This document shows, piece after piece, positions 20,461 to 29,658 of a stretch of DNA of 64,000 nt (positions are counted from its first letter, which is position 1; the number at the start of each line of letters is the position of its first letter). This DNA is from an uncultured Acidobacteriota bacterium (lineage in GTDB: Bacteria > Acidobacteriota > Thermoanaerobaculia > UBA5066 > DATFVB01), in NCBI GenBank assembly GCA_963813155.1, contig CAWEYG010000002.1:64001-128000 (forward strand), written 5' to 3'. The position numbers and the translations under genes are program-made. A model generated the notes under the pieces. That model did not search any database. It was not told the DNA's origin and was given only the letters and a program-made list of their open reading frames with translations.

Positions 20461-22629
20461 ATGCTTTTGTCCCGACGCCCCGTCCTCGCGCTCTGGCTCT
20501 GTGTCGCAGGCATGCCGGTCATCTCGGCGGTTTCGTTCGCGCAAGCCGTGACGGCCCCGGCGGCGCCCGCCGCGGCAAAACATTCGTATCAGGTGCCCTC
20601 GCCGAACGGCTCGAGAGAGGACGACTATTTCTGGGTCCGAGACGACACGCGAAAGAACGCCGAGATGCTCGCCTACCTGAACGCCGAGAACGCCTACACC
20701 GACGCGGTCATGGCGCACACGAAGCCCGCGCAGGACGTGCTGTACCAAGAGCTCCTCGGCCGCATCAAGCAGGACGATTCGACGGTTCCCGTCCGCAAGA
20801 ACGGCTGGTGGTATTCCATTCGATACGAGACCGGGAAGGAGTATCCCGTCTACGTACGCCGGAAGGACTCGCCGCCGGGCTCGCCAGAGGCGCCCGTCCA
20901 GGTGATGCTCGACGGCAATGCCATGGCCGCCGGCCACGACTTCTTCCAGATCGGCGACTCCCAAGTCAGCCGCGACGGAAAGATCCTCGTCTACGGGCTC
21001 GACCTCGTCGGCCGCCGGCAATACACGATGCGCTTCAAGAACCTCGAGACGGGGCAGGACCTCCCCGACCGGATCGAGAACGTCAATCCGAATTTCGCCT
21101 GGGCCAACGACAACCGGACCGTTCTCTACGTCGAGAAAGACCCCGTCACGCTTCTCGGCGAGCGGGTGCGCAAACACGTTCTCGGGAGCGATCCGAAGAA
21201 TGACCCTCTCGTCTACGAGGAAAAGGACCACTCCTTCTACCTGGGAGTCGACAAGAGCGCCTCCGACCGCTACGTCTGGATCGACCTCAGGAGCACCGTC
21301 TCGACCGAGCATTGGATCGCCGACGCATCCGACCCCGATCTGAAGTTCCACGTTCTCGTGCCGCGTGAGCGCGATCACGAGTACGACGCCCAGGACCTCG
21401 GCGGCGACTTCATCGTGCGCACGAACTGGAAGGCCAAGAATTTCCGCATCGTACGCGTGCCGATGGACAGGGTCGCGGATCGTGAAGCCTGGCGCGACGT
21501 GATTCCGGCGCGGGACGACGCCTTCGTGCACGGCTTCGTGGCCTTGAAGGACTATCTGGCGGTCAACGAGCGCTCTGGAGGACTGCGAAAGATCAGGATC
21601 AAGCGCTGGAGCGACGGACGGGAAACGAGCCTTGCCGCCGACGAGCCCGCCTACACGGCGTCGCTCGGCGACAATCCCGAACAGGACTCCGGAACGCTTC
21701 GCTACGTGTACAGCTCGCTTTCCACCCCGCGCTCGACCTACGACGTCGATCTCGCGACGAGCTCCCGAACGCTCAGGAAGCGGGACGAGGTGCCCGGCGG
21801 ATTCGATTCGGGCAAGTACGCGACCGAATTCGTCTGGGCAACGGCGCGCGATGGAAAGAAGATCCCCATCTCGATCCTCTATCGGAAGGGATTCGTCCGG
21901 GGCGCCGGCGCTCCGCTCCTGCAGTACGGATACGGCTCGTACGGTTTTTCGACCGACCCCAGCTTCAACGTCAACGTCTTCTCGCTCGTCGACCGCGGGT
22001 TCGTTTACGCGATCGCCCACATCCGCGGCGGACAGGAGCTCGGCCGCGCCTGGTACGAGGACGGAAAGCTCCTGAACAAGAAGAACACCTTCAACGATTT
22101 CGTCGACGTGACCCGATTCCTCGTCGCTCAGGGTTATGCGGCGCCCGACAAGGTCTTCGCGATGGGAGAATCGGCCGGCGGGTTGCTGATGGGCGCGGTC
22201 GTCAACCAGTGCCCCGAGTGCTACCGCGGCGTCGTTGCGCTCGTTCCCTTCGTCGATGTCGTGACCACGATGCTCGACGAAAGCATTCCGTTGACCGCCA
22301 ATGAGTTCGACGAGTGGGGAAACCCGAAAGAGAAGAAGTATTACGACTACATGCTCTCCTACTCGCCGTACGACAATGTCGCGCGCAAAGCGTATCCCGC
22401 GATGCTCGTCTCGACCGGCCTCTGGGACAGTCAGGTTCAGTACTACGAGCCGACGAAGTGGGTAGCGAAGCTGCGCGCGATGAAGACCGATCGGCGGCCG
22501 CTCGTTTTCCACGTCAACATGGAAGCCGGTCACGGAGGGAAGTCGGGCCGGTTTCAGAGATTGCGCGAAACGGCCCTCTTCTATGCGTTCATGCTGGACC
22601 AGATCGGCATCGACGCCGCCCGGCGTTAA
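20461..22629 (+). CDS. ptrB: Oligopeptidase B (protease II, S9A), secreted
   Basis: REDDYFWVRD, GESAGG nucleophile motif, DSQVQYYEP, GHGG; RBS AGGAGG. Confidence 0.92.
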   Translation: MLLSRRPVLALWLCVAGMPVISAVSFAQAVTAPAAPAAAKHSYQVPSPNGSREDDYFWVRDDTRKNAEMLAYLNAENAYTDAVMAHTKPAQDVLYQELLGRIKQDDSTVPVRKNGWWYSIRYETGKEYPVYVRRKDSPPGSPEAPVQVMLDGNAMAAGHDFFQIGDSQVSRDGKILVYGLDLVGRRQYTMRFKNLETGQDLPDRIENVNPNFAWANDNRTVLYVEKDPVTLLGERVRKHVLGSDPKNDPLVYEEKDHSFYLGVDKSASDRYVWIDLRSTVSTEHWIADASDPDLKFHVLVPRERDHEYDAQDLGGDFIVRTNWKAKNFRIVRVPMDRVADREAWRDVIPARDDAFVHGFVALKDYLAVNERSGGLRKIRIKRWSDGRETSLAADEPAYTASLGDNPEQDSGTLRYVYSSLSTPRSTYDVDLATSSRTLRKRDEVPGGFDSGKYATEFVWATARDGKKIPISILYRKGFVRGAGAPLLQYGYGSYGFSTDPSFNVNVFSLVDRGFVYAIAHIRGGQELGRAWYEDGKLLNKKNTFNDFVDVTRFLVAQGYAAPDKVFAMGESAGGLLMGAVVNQCPECYRGVVALVPFVDVVTTMLDESIPLTANEFDEWGNPKEKKYYDYMLSYSPYDNVARKAYPAMLVSTGLWDSQVQYYEPTKWVAKLRAMKTDRRPLVFHVNMEAGHGGKSGRFQRLRETALFYAFMLDQIGIDAARR

Positions 22630-24179
22630 GTTCGAAGCGCGCGCGAGTCGAGGTACGACGCCAGGGCCGCGGGACTCGCCTCCGCCGACGCGAGGGCCAC
22701 GTACCCGTCCGGCCGCACGAGATAGAGCGCGTCCCGCCGCAGGCCAGTCTGCCGCATTTCCGGACGCCAGAAGAACACCCGGAGCGCCAGTTTCCGCGCG
22801 TCGCACGCGTCCCGGATCCCGGCCGAGGGCTCGCCGTACACGTGGACCTGCCAGTCGGTCGAATTCAACGAGGAGAAGTTGTCCTCCCCGCCGCCGCTCG
22901 GCGCGGCCACCCATGGCAGGCGATCGCCGCCCCGGATCCTTCCCGCGCGGCCCTCGCTCAGGCCGCTTCCGCGGTAGTTCACATCCGTCTGCGAGACCGC
23001 GCGGAACAAGAACCGCCGCGTCGCACGGAGACGAAAGAGCGGGGGGATCGCAAGGGGAACGAGGCGGAGTCGGACGAAACGCGCGATCGCGCCGGGGCTC
23101 GTCACCGCGGTGAAGGCGCGGTCGGTCGTCGCGACGAGTCGCCGCGCGAAAGCGATCCGTTCCGGCTCGTAGGTGTCGAGGACCGAAGCATCCGCCCGGC
23201 CGCGCACCACGGCCGCGAGCTTCCAGGCGAGGTTCACCGCGTCGCCGATGCCCGTGTTCATGCCCTGGCCGCCGACGGGGCTGTGGACGTGCGCGGCGTC
23301 ACCGGCCAGAAATGCCCGGCCCTTCCGGAAGGAGTCCGCGACCCGGTGGTGCACCCGGTACGTCGAGAACCAGTTGACCTTCCGGACCTCGACGCGCATC
23401 CGCTCGATCACGTCCTTGCTCACGTCGTCCCACGACATCTCCCGGCGTCGGAGCTCGGATTCCTCGCGAACGCTGCCGATCAGCCGCGCGCGCCCCTCTC
23501 CCTTCAACGGAAAGACGGCGAGGAAGTCGGCCGCGTCGAGAGCGACGTGCAGCTCGCCGTCCATCGGGTCTCCGCCCGCTTCCACGTCCGCGACGTAGAA
23601 GATGTGCGCGTACGTCCCGCCCGGGAAGCCGATCTTCAGGCCCTCCCGGACGGCGGAATGGGCGCCGTCGCATCCCGCGATGTAAGCGGCTTCGCAGGTC
23701 TCCGTCGAGCCGTCCGGGCGCTTCAGCCGAACGCGCACCCGCTCCGCGCTCTCCTCGAAGCCGAGAAGCTCCGTCCGGCGCTCGACGGCAACGCCCGCCT
23801 TCGCGAGGCGGTCGATCAGAAGGCGCTCGTGCTCGTCCTGCGGATACGTCAGGGCGAACGGAAACGGGCTGATGCCCGCGCCCAGCTCTCCGAACACGGC
23901 GTGCGCGACCCGCCTGCCGAAAGCCCACAGGTTCACGGCCGCGACGCGATGGCCGCCGGAGACGACCGCATCCGCGAGGCCGGCCTGGCGGTAGAGCTCC
24001 AGTGTCCGCGCCTGCACCGCGAGAGCGCGCGACGTCGTGCCCGGCTCCGCCGTTTTGTCGACGATCCGCACGCGCGCGCCCATCCGCGTCAGCCAGAGCG
24101 CCAGCACGAGCCCCGTCGGCCCGGCTCCGACGATCAAGACGTCCAGGAGTCCGGCTTCGCGATCCGAAGAGGCGTTCAT
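22626..24179 (-). CDS. FAD-dependent monooxygenase (aromatic hydroxylase family)
   Basis: GAGPTG, GCDGAHSAVR, GDAAHVHSPVGGQGMNTG. Confidence 0.9.
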   Translation of the reverse strand: MNASSDREAGLLDVLIVGAGPTGLVLALWLTRMGARVRIVDKTAEPGTTSRALAVQARTLELYRQAGLADAVVSGGHRVAAVNLWAFGRRVAHAVFGELGAGISPFPFALTYPQDEHERLLIDRLAKAGVAVERRTELLGFEESAERVRVRLKRPDGSTETCEAAYIAGCDGAHSAVREGLKIGFPGGTYAHIFYVADVEAGGDPMDGELHVALDAADFLAVFPLKGEGRARLIGSVREESELRRREMSWDDVSKDVIERMRVEVRKVNWFSTYRVHHRVADSFRKGRAFLAGDAAHVHSPVGGQGMNTGIGDAVNLAWKLAAVVRGRADASVLDTYEPERIAFARRLVATTDRAFTAVTSPGAIARFVRLRLVPLAIPPLFRLRATRRFLFRAVSQTDVNYRGSGLSEGRAGRIRGGDRLPWVAAPSGGGEDNFSSLNSTDWQVHVYGEPSAGIRDACDARKLALRVFFWRPEMRQTGLRRDALYLVRPDGYVALASAEASPAALASYLDSRALRT

Positions 24180-24258
24180 CGTCGGGTCATTCTCTCCCGA
24201 TTCTTAAGGAAAGCGCCGCCGCGGTTCCGGCTCGCGAGCCGGACCTATAATCCCGAGC

Positions 24259-24786
24259 ATGAAGAAAAATTGTCTTTTTACGCTCTTTGCGGCAATCTTC
24301 GCGCTCGCCATTTTCCGTTCCCTCGCGGCAGCGGTCCCGTCCGAGCCGCTGAAAGTCGGCGATGCCGCTCCGAATGCCGCGTCGGTCGACCAGGACGGCA
24401 AGCCCGTCCAGCTGTCGGACCTCTACGGCGGGGGGTGGACGCTCGTCTATTTCTACCCGAAGGCGGACACGCCGGGTTGCACCGCGGAAGCGTGCAGCCT
24501 GCGCGACGCGTTCGCGGACCTCACGAAAAAGGGCGTCACCGTCGTCGGAGTCAGCGCCGACAAGCCGGCCGAGCAGAATGCGTTCAAGCAGAAGTATCAG
24601 ATCCCGTTCACTCTGCTCGCCGACTCCGACAAAAAGGTCATCGCCGCGTTCGGCGTGCCGACGACGATGGGCTTTGCGAGCCGGCAGTCGTTCCTCATCA
24701 AGGGCGGCAGGGTCGCCTGGCGCGACCTGCACGCTTCGACGAAGGAACAGGCCGCGGACATCCTGAAAGTCGTCTCGGCGCAGTAG
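24259..24786 (+). CDS. bcp: Peroxiredoxin (BCP/PrxQ) with signal peptide
   Basis: YFYPKADTPGCTAEAC. Confidence 0.9.
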   Translation: MKKNCLFTLFAAIFALAIFRSLAAAVPSEPLKVGDAAPNAASVDQDGKPVQLSDLYGGGWTLVYFYPKADTPGCTAEACSLRDAFADLTKKGVTVVGVSADKPAEQNAFKQKYQIPFTLLADSDKKVIAAFGVPTTMGFASRQSFLIKGGRVAWRDLHASTKEQAADILKVVSAQ

Positions 24787-24804
24787 GAGTCTGAGCCTCG
24801 AGTT

Positions 24805-25377
24805 TCAGACCTGGACCAGCTCCGCTGTCTCCGCGACCGGAGCCGGCACTCCGAGAAGCTCTTCGAAAAGGGTTCGGTCGTGGACGAGAGCCTGGCGGAG
24901 ATCTTCCGTCGAGGCTTTGCCATCGCGGTTTCGAACCGCGATTTCTCTCGCGGCGCGATAATTCTGGACGACATCGGCATGGTCCACGGAAAGGTCGGCC
25001 GCTCGCTGCTCGAAGTCGCCGACGGGATAACCTCGCGCTTTCATGACTTCCTGAATGAGCGAATCGCCCTCGGAGACTGCCCCCGCGGGTTCGTCCACGA
25101 AACGCGCCTGCACGCGGACCCACGCCTGCGCGAACCGATCCCGGTCCGCCGCGGAAACCTCGCGGAGCTGCAGCTTCTCCACGCGCTTCGCTCGATCGGC
25201 CAGTCCCGCTTCGGCTCGCCTCGAGTCCCCGGCGGCCGCCACGGCGCGGTCGTACTCCGGCCCGAACTGGTCGCGAAGCTTCGCCGTGCGCTTTTTCCGC
25301 AAGAGCATCCAGCCGACAACGGCGATCGCGGCGACGACAACCGCCACGCCGATCAGAATTGTGGTTTGAGAATCCAT
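24805..25377 (-). CDS. Conserved hypothetical membrane-anchored protein
   Basis: N-terminal TM helix, LRDQFGPEYDR, QARFVDEP, TEDLRQA; ATG at 25377 with RBS GGAGG. Confidence 0.75.
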   Translation of the reverse strand: MDSQTTILIGVAVVVAAIAVVGWMLLRKKRTAKLRDQFGPEYDRAVAAAGDSRRAEAGLADRAKRVEKLQLREVSAADRDRFAQAWVRVQARFVDEPAGAVSEGDSLIQEVMKARGYPVGDFEQRAADLSVDHADVVQNYRAAREIAVRNRDGKASTEDLRQALVHDRTLFEELLGVPAPVAETAELVQV

Positions 25378-25420
25378 CTGTAGCCTCCATGGGTCGTGAG
25401 GACGGCCCAAGACGGGGAAT

Positions 25421-25435
25421 GCAAGATTCGTTCCG
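25421..25435 (-). promoter_or_regulatory. Putative sigma-54 promoter
   Basis: Minus strand CGGAACGAATCTTGC (GG-N10-GC), 43 nt before ATG 25377. Confidence 0.45.
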
Positions 25436-25459
25436 AAGAACGATAGACTCCTGACGATC

Positions 25460-26200
25460 GTGAATTCCGATGTCGTCATACTCTTCGACTGCGACAACAC
25501 GCTGCTCGACAATGACCGCGTTCAAGCCGATCTGAGCGATCGCCTCGATCGCGATTTCGGAACGCCGACCCGGGACCGGTACTGGACGATCTTCGAGCAG
25601 TTGCGCGCGGAGCTGGGCTACGCGGACTACCTGAGCGCCCTGCAGCGCCTCCGGCTCGAAGAGCCCGAAGACAACCGGCTGCCGCTGATTTCTTCGTTTC
25701 TTCTCGAGTATCCGTTCGCCGACCGGTTGTATCCGCGAGCGCTCGACTCTCTGCGACATCTCGGAAGCATCGGCCGGACGGCCATTCTGACGGACGGCGA
25801 CATCGTCTTTCAGCCGCGCAAACTCCAGCGCTCGGGGTTATGGGCGGCGGTCGAGGGGCGCGTGTTGATTTATGCCCACAAGGAAAGGATGCTCGACGAC
25901 GTCGCCCGCCGCTACCCGGCCCGGCACTACGTCATGGTGGACGACAAATTGAGCATCCTGTCGGCGATGAAGAAAATCTGGACGGATCGATTGACGACCG
26001 TTTTTCCCCGACAGGGACATTACGCGCTCGATCCCAAAATCCTCGCCGCGTATCCTCCCGCAGACCTCACGATCGAGCACATCGGAGATCTCGTCGATTT
26101 CTCCCCTCGCTCGTTCGGCCTCAATGATGAGGCCGGGGCCCTGGAGACCCCGACCGTTCATTCAAGAAACCTTACTGGTGGTCGTCGTGGAGATGGATGA
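25460..26200 (+). CDS. HAD superfamily hydrolase
   Basis: LFDCDNTLLDND motif I, LTDGD, VMVDDK. Confidence 0.85.
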   Translation: MNSDVVILFDCDNTLLDNDRVQADLSDRLDRDFGTPTRDRYWTIFEQLRAELGYADYLSALQRLRLEEPEDNRLPLISSFLLEYPFADRLYPRALDSLRHLGSIGRTAILTDGDIVFQPRKLQRSGLWAAVEGRVLIYAHKERMLDDVARRYPARHYVMVDDKLSILSAMKKIWTDRLTTVFPRQGHYALDPKILAAYPPADLTIEHIGDLVDFSPRSFGLNDEAGALETPTVHSRNLTGGRRGDG

Positions 26201-26585
26201 CGGACTTGACGCGATACTGGCTGTCGATCAACCCGACATGGCCTCCAATGGTCACATAGCGGTGGTGATGCGGCGGCGGCGGCAGAAGCGTCGTCAGCTC
26301 GCGAGGGGCGGCATGCACCTTGCGGCGAAGGTGCTTGTCGAGAACGACTCCCTCGTGGAGACGGGACTCCTCGTCCGCCGACAAGCGGTCTTCGTTCCGC
26401 AAGCCCGCCGGCGCATGATCCCGGTTCTTGCTGTACCAGTCGCGCGTCACCTGCTGGTCATGATCGTCGAACTGCGTGTGGCCGCGCTGATCGTCATGTC
26501 GTTCCTGGGCAAGAGCGACGCCGCCGGAAAGAGCGAGCAGCAACGCCGCGGCCGCTACTCCGATTGCCAATTTCTGTGTTTTCAT
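26172..26585 (-). CDS. Small secreted His-rich protein (RcnB-like)
   Basis: Signal peptide, LPPPPHHHRYVTIGGHVGLID. Confidence 0.65.
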   Translation of the reverse strand: MKTQKLAIGVAAAALLLALSGGVALAQERHDDQRGHTQFDDHDQQVTRDWYSKNRDHAPAGLRNEDRLSADEESRLHEGVVLDKHLRRKVHAAPRELTTLLPPPPHHHRYVTIGGHVGLIDSQYRVKSVIHLHDDHQ

Positions 26586-26697
26586 CGGAATCTCCCTGGT
26601 CTCTGAGTACCAATAGTCATTTCGCCATCAAACCAGGCCGCCCGGGATTCGAGGGTCCGCTGGTGGCGCTCTTCAACTCAACGAGAGACAAGTGGGA

Positions 26698-26712
26698 GCA
26701 AGGGCTGTGCCA
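26698..26712 (-). promoter_or_regulatory. Sigma-54 promoter
   Basis: Minus strand TGGCACAGCCCTTGC, perfect TGGCAC-N5-TTGC. Confidence 0.75.
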
Positions 26713-26732
26713 CGGGGAGGAGGGTTCGTCGG

Positions 26733-26768
26733 GAAAAGAAAAAGGGGCGGGCTCGACGCCCGCCCCGA
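26733..26768 (-). terminator. Intrinsic terminator
   Basis: Minus strand GGGGCGGGC-GTCGA-GCCCGCCCC followed by a T-rich tail, just after stop 26788. Confidence 0.85.
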
Positions 26769-26787
26769 TCCTCGAATCGTTGGTGTT

Positions 26788-27360
26788 TTAGCGACCGATT
26801 CTCACGTGGAGACGCGGCAGCGGAATGTGGATCCGCGGCACCGGAATGCGGATGTTCAGGCCGGGGCGATACGCGTAGCGCGGGTAAACCCGGGGCGCCG
26901 CGTAAGGCACGGCGTAGCCGGGCGCATACCCGTCATAGCCGTCGGCGTAGCCGTCATAGGCATACGGGTCGGCGTAGCCGTCGTAAACCGGGTACGGGGC
27001 GGCGTAACCCTCATACCCGTAATACGGGGAGGCGTACGGGACGGCGTAGCCCCGAGATCCGCGGAACTCCCGGCCTCGAAAACCCTCGCCGCGAAATCCT
27101 TCGCTGCGAAAGCCGTCCCCCCGGCGTTGGAAGCTTCCCCCGCCGCGGCGTTCGACGCCTCCGCGGAAGTCTTCCCTGCGAGAGTCTCCCCTCCGGGAGT
27201 CTCCCCCGCGGCTGCGCCAGCCGGAGTCGCGCGAGCCGGATCGGCCGTCACCGCGGCCTCCATCACGAAAATCCTGGGCTGCGGACGGACGCGCGATCGA
27301 AAGAAAAGCAGCGACCGCAGCCACCGCGAGAATGCCCTTGGTCAGGTTTGGGTACCTCAT
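26788..27360 (-). CDS. Secreted low-complexity Gly/Arg/Tyr-rich protein
   Basis: Signal peptide, GFRG repeats, Y-D-G-Y-A repeats; RBS GGAGG; own promoter and terminator. Confidence 0.7.
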   Translation of the reverse strand: MRYPNLTKGILAVAAVAAFLSIARPSAAQDFRDGGRGDGRSGSRDSGWRSRGGDSRRGDSRREDFRGGVERRGGGSFQRRGDGFRSEGFRGEGFRGREFRGSRGYAVPYASPYYGYEGYAAPYPVYDGYADPYAYDGYADGYDGYAPGYAVPYAAPRVYPRYAYRPGLNIRIPVPRIHIPLPRLHVRIGR

Positions 27361-27387
27361 GATTGTTTCCTCCGCCTGCAACAGATC

Positions 27388-27402
27388 GCAATCACTATGC
27401 CA
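27388..27402 (-). promoter_or_regulatory. Sigma-54 promoter
   Basis: Minus strand TGGCATAGTGATTGC, 27 nt before ATG 27360. Confidence 0.7.
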
Positions 27403-27491
27403 TTCCACCGTGCTGGAACCAAGGAACTTCCGGACATCGGCCCGTCCAACCTGTTCGAAATAGCGGAGAACTGTCACCCGCCGAGGGCGGT

Positions 27492-27854
27492 CTACTTCCT
27501 CAGGAGCAGCTCCAGCTCGGCGCGGACGTCCTCCATCTTCACTCCGTGGTCCGCCTGCTTCCAGAGGACCTTCCCGTCGGCTGACCGGATGACCAGGCCG
27601 TGGCTCTCGAATCCGAGCGCCTTCACGATCTTCTCGTTCTCCGGCGTCGTCGCGTCCACGTTCTGCCCGCGGACTTTCCCCTTGTACTCCTGCTCGAGCC
27701 CGCTCACGGCAGGCTTCACTTTCGCGCAGATCGGTCAGCCGGGCATGTAGTAGTACGTCACCTCGAGGGGAGTTCGCTTCTCGTGTTGTGCGGCGCCGAG
27801 AGCCGCGGAGAAAAGAACCAGGGCTGCCAGGAACAGGTTGCGTCGAGTCGTCAT
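27492..27854 (-). CDS. Secreted thioredoxin-fold selenoprotein (UxxC; Sec at codon 40)
   Basis: RBS GGAGG plus ATG 27854; MTTRRNLFLAALVLFSAALGAAQHEKRTPLEVTYYYMPG-TGA-PICAKVKPAVSGLEQEYKGKV...; in-frame TGA at 27737-27735; SECIS-like hairpin downstream. Confidence 0.85.
27697..27715 (-). promoter_or_regulatory. Bacterial SECIS element (putative)
   Basis: AGCCUGC-CGUGA-GCGGGCU: 7-bp stem starting 19 nt after UGA, G at second loop position followed by U. Confidence 0.75.
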
Positions 27855-27885
27855 GAAACCTCCGTATTCGCCGAGCATACGCTCC

Positions 27886-28314
27886 TCACTCTCCCGCGGC
27901 GGCGGTTCCGCGCGCAGTTATTTCGGAAATCGCGAAGTCGGCGTCCGGGTGCAGCTCGAGGAACGGGCCGTCGATGTCCACGACGACCGGGCCGCCGAAG
28001 GAAAGCGCGGCGCCGGCTGCCATCGGATCACGCTCGCAAACATCGTGCGCGCGAGTCCCGGGCTCGATTTCGAGTCGGAGGAACCGGGGAAGCTCTGCGG
28101 AGGCGATGCCGATCCGAAACGCGTCCAGCTCCACGTCGATCGTCCAGAAGCCGTCCGTCGAGTGTTGGGCTTCTCGGACCGGACTCCCGGATCCCTCCGC
28201 CGCGCAGCCCGTGTCGGTCCAGCCGGAGATGCCGAGGAACTTGAACGGGGTCGTGAGGAACGCGATCCAGCGCGAGAACCACCCGAGGCTCTCCTGCGGC
28301 TCGCGGGACAGCAT
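27886..28314 (-). CDS. Hypothetical protein (possible OB-fold-like)
   Basis: C-terminal part of ORF 27886..30120 from MLSREPQ; DGFWTIDVELD...RLEIEP...LELHP. Confidence 0.55.
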   Translation of the reverse strand: MLSREPQESLGWFSRWIAFLTTPFKFLGISGWTDTGCAAEGSGSPVREAQHSTDGFWTIDVELDAFRIGIASAELPRFLRLEIEPGTRAHDVCERDPMAAGAALSFGGPVVVDIDGPFLELHPDADFAISEITARGTAAAGE

Positions 28315-28459
28315 CGCGATCGTGCGATTTGCGTCGCACGACTGAGGCGCGAGGAGCGCGCGGCCGGTGCGCGCCGTGCGGCGCTTTCCGGCGTGGTACC
28401 ACAGGTGACGGGCGGTCACGAGGGCCTCGCTCGGCAGGCACGCGGCCCGGACCCCGGGC

Positions 28460-28607
28460 CAGGCGCTCGTCCGCAGGCCATGAGTGAGGCGCACGAGGAA
28501 CTTCGGTGTCAGCGGAGAGGCGAGATCTCGCGCCGAACGCTGAGGAGCGGGAGTCGATCCATCCGATCGATCGCGCCGTGCCAGCGGACGAGTGCCGAGC
28601 TCCGCGG
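28460..28607. repeat. Dispersed repeat, element A copy 1
   Basis: About 150 bp, closely similar to revcomp of 45751-45903 (shared blocks CGTCCGCAGGCCATGAGTGAGGCGCACGAGGAACT and GCCGTGCCAGCGGACGAGTGCCGAG). Confidence 0.9.
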
Positions 28608-28639
28608 CGGGCAGGCGCGAACGGGCCGAGCGAATCCCC

Positions 28640-29658
28640 TCACGGACCCCCACCGCCTTCCACGCGTCCCGGACCGCCTTCTGCTCCGCCTTCCCCGGCC
28701 CGTAGAGCTCGGCGGAGATGGATATCGTCGCGGCCGCGGCTTCTTTGAACGTCGAGGTGTGCGTCAGTCTCTGCGTCAGCGCGACGTACCAGATCTGCCC
28801 CGCCTTCTCCCAGGAGTTCCCCCCGATCGCGATCGCGGCGAGCGCGAACGCCCGGTTCGGGATCCCGGAGTTGATGTGCACGCCCCCGTTGTCGTCGTAC
28901 CCGTCGTAGAAGCCCCTCATGTTCGCCGGCTGTGGGTCTTTCCCGAGGACGGGGTCGTCGTAGGCGGTGCCAGGCTCCGTCATCGAGCGCAGCGCGACCC
29001 CCTTCACCTTTTTCGTGAAGAGCCCCGCGCCGATCAGCCAATCGGCCTTCGCCGCCGCCTGCTTCCCCCTCCACTGCTTGACCATCGACCCGAAGACGTC
29101 GGAGAAGCTTTCGTTCAGGGCGCCCGGCTGCCCCTCGTAGTCGAAGTTCGCTTCCGTCCCGGTCACGCCGTGCGTCAGCTCGTGCCCGATGACGTCGACC
29201 GCCAGGGTGAACCGGTTGAAGATCGTTCCGTCGCCGTCGCCGTACACCATCTGCGAACCGTTCCAGAACGCGTTGTCGTACTTGTGTCCGTAGTGCACGG
29301 AGGAGTCGAGCCGCATTCCCCTTCCGTCGATCGAGTTGCGGCAGAAGATCTTCTCGTAAAAATCGTACGTCGTGCCGGCGCCGTCGTAGGCCTCGTTGAC
29401 CGCGGCGTCCTTCGATTTCGCGCCGTCCTCGCCGCGGACGAGGTTGCCCGGCAGGACCTCGCTTCCGTGCTCGTCGTAGACCGTTCGGCGCTCCTCCCCC
29501 GCCGGGACCGCCGGACACGTTGCGCCGAGGACATCGCGGTGGCCGCGCAGCCGGGCGGTGAGGAGTCTCGTCGCGTCGGCGCACGCGCGCTCGGCGGGAG
29601 TCCCGTTCTTCGAGATCCGGTCGAGGATGTACGGCGGGACGATGAATCGCACCGTCAT
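28640..29658 (-). CDS. M4 metallopeptidase (protealysin-like)
   Basis: Short propeptide FIVPPYIL, NAFWNG, HELTH, GALNESFSD, GGVHINSGIPN, ending AWKAVGV; likely stop TGA 28642-28640 is off by one indel. Confidence 0.9.

Noticed and set aside
24259-24786. Peroxiredoxin as a second selenoprotein
   Set aside because: Both active-site residues are encoded by TGC (Cys).
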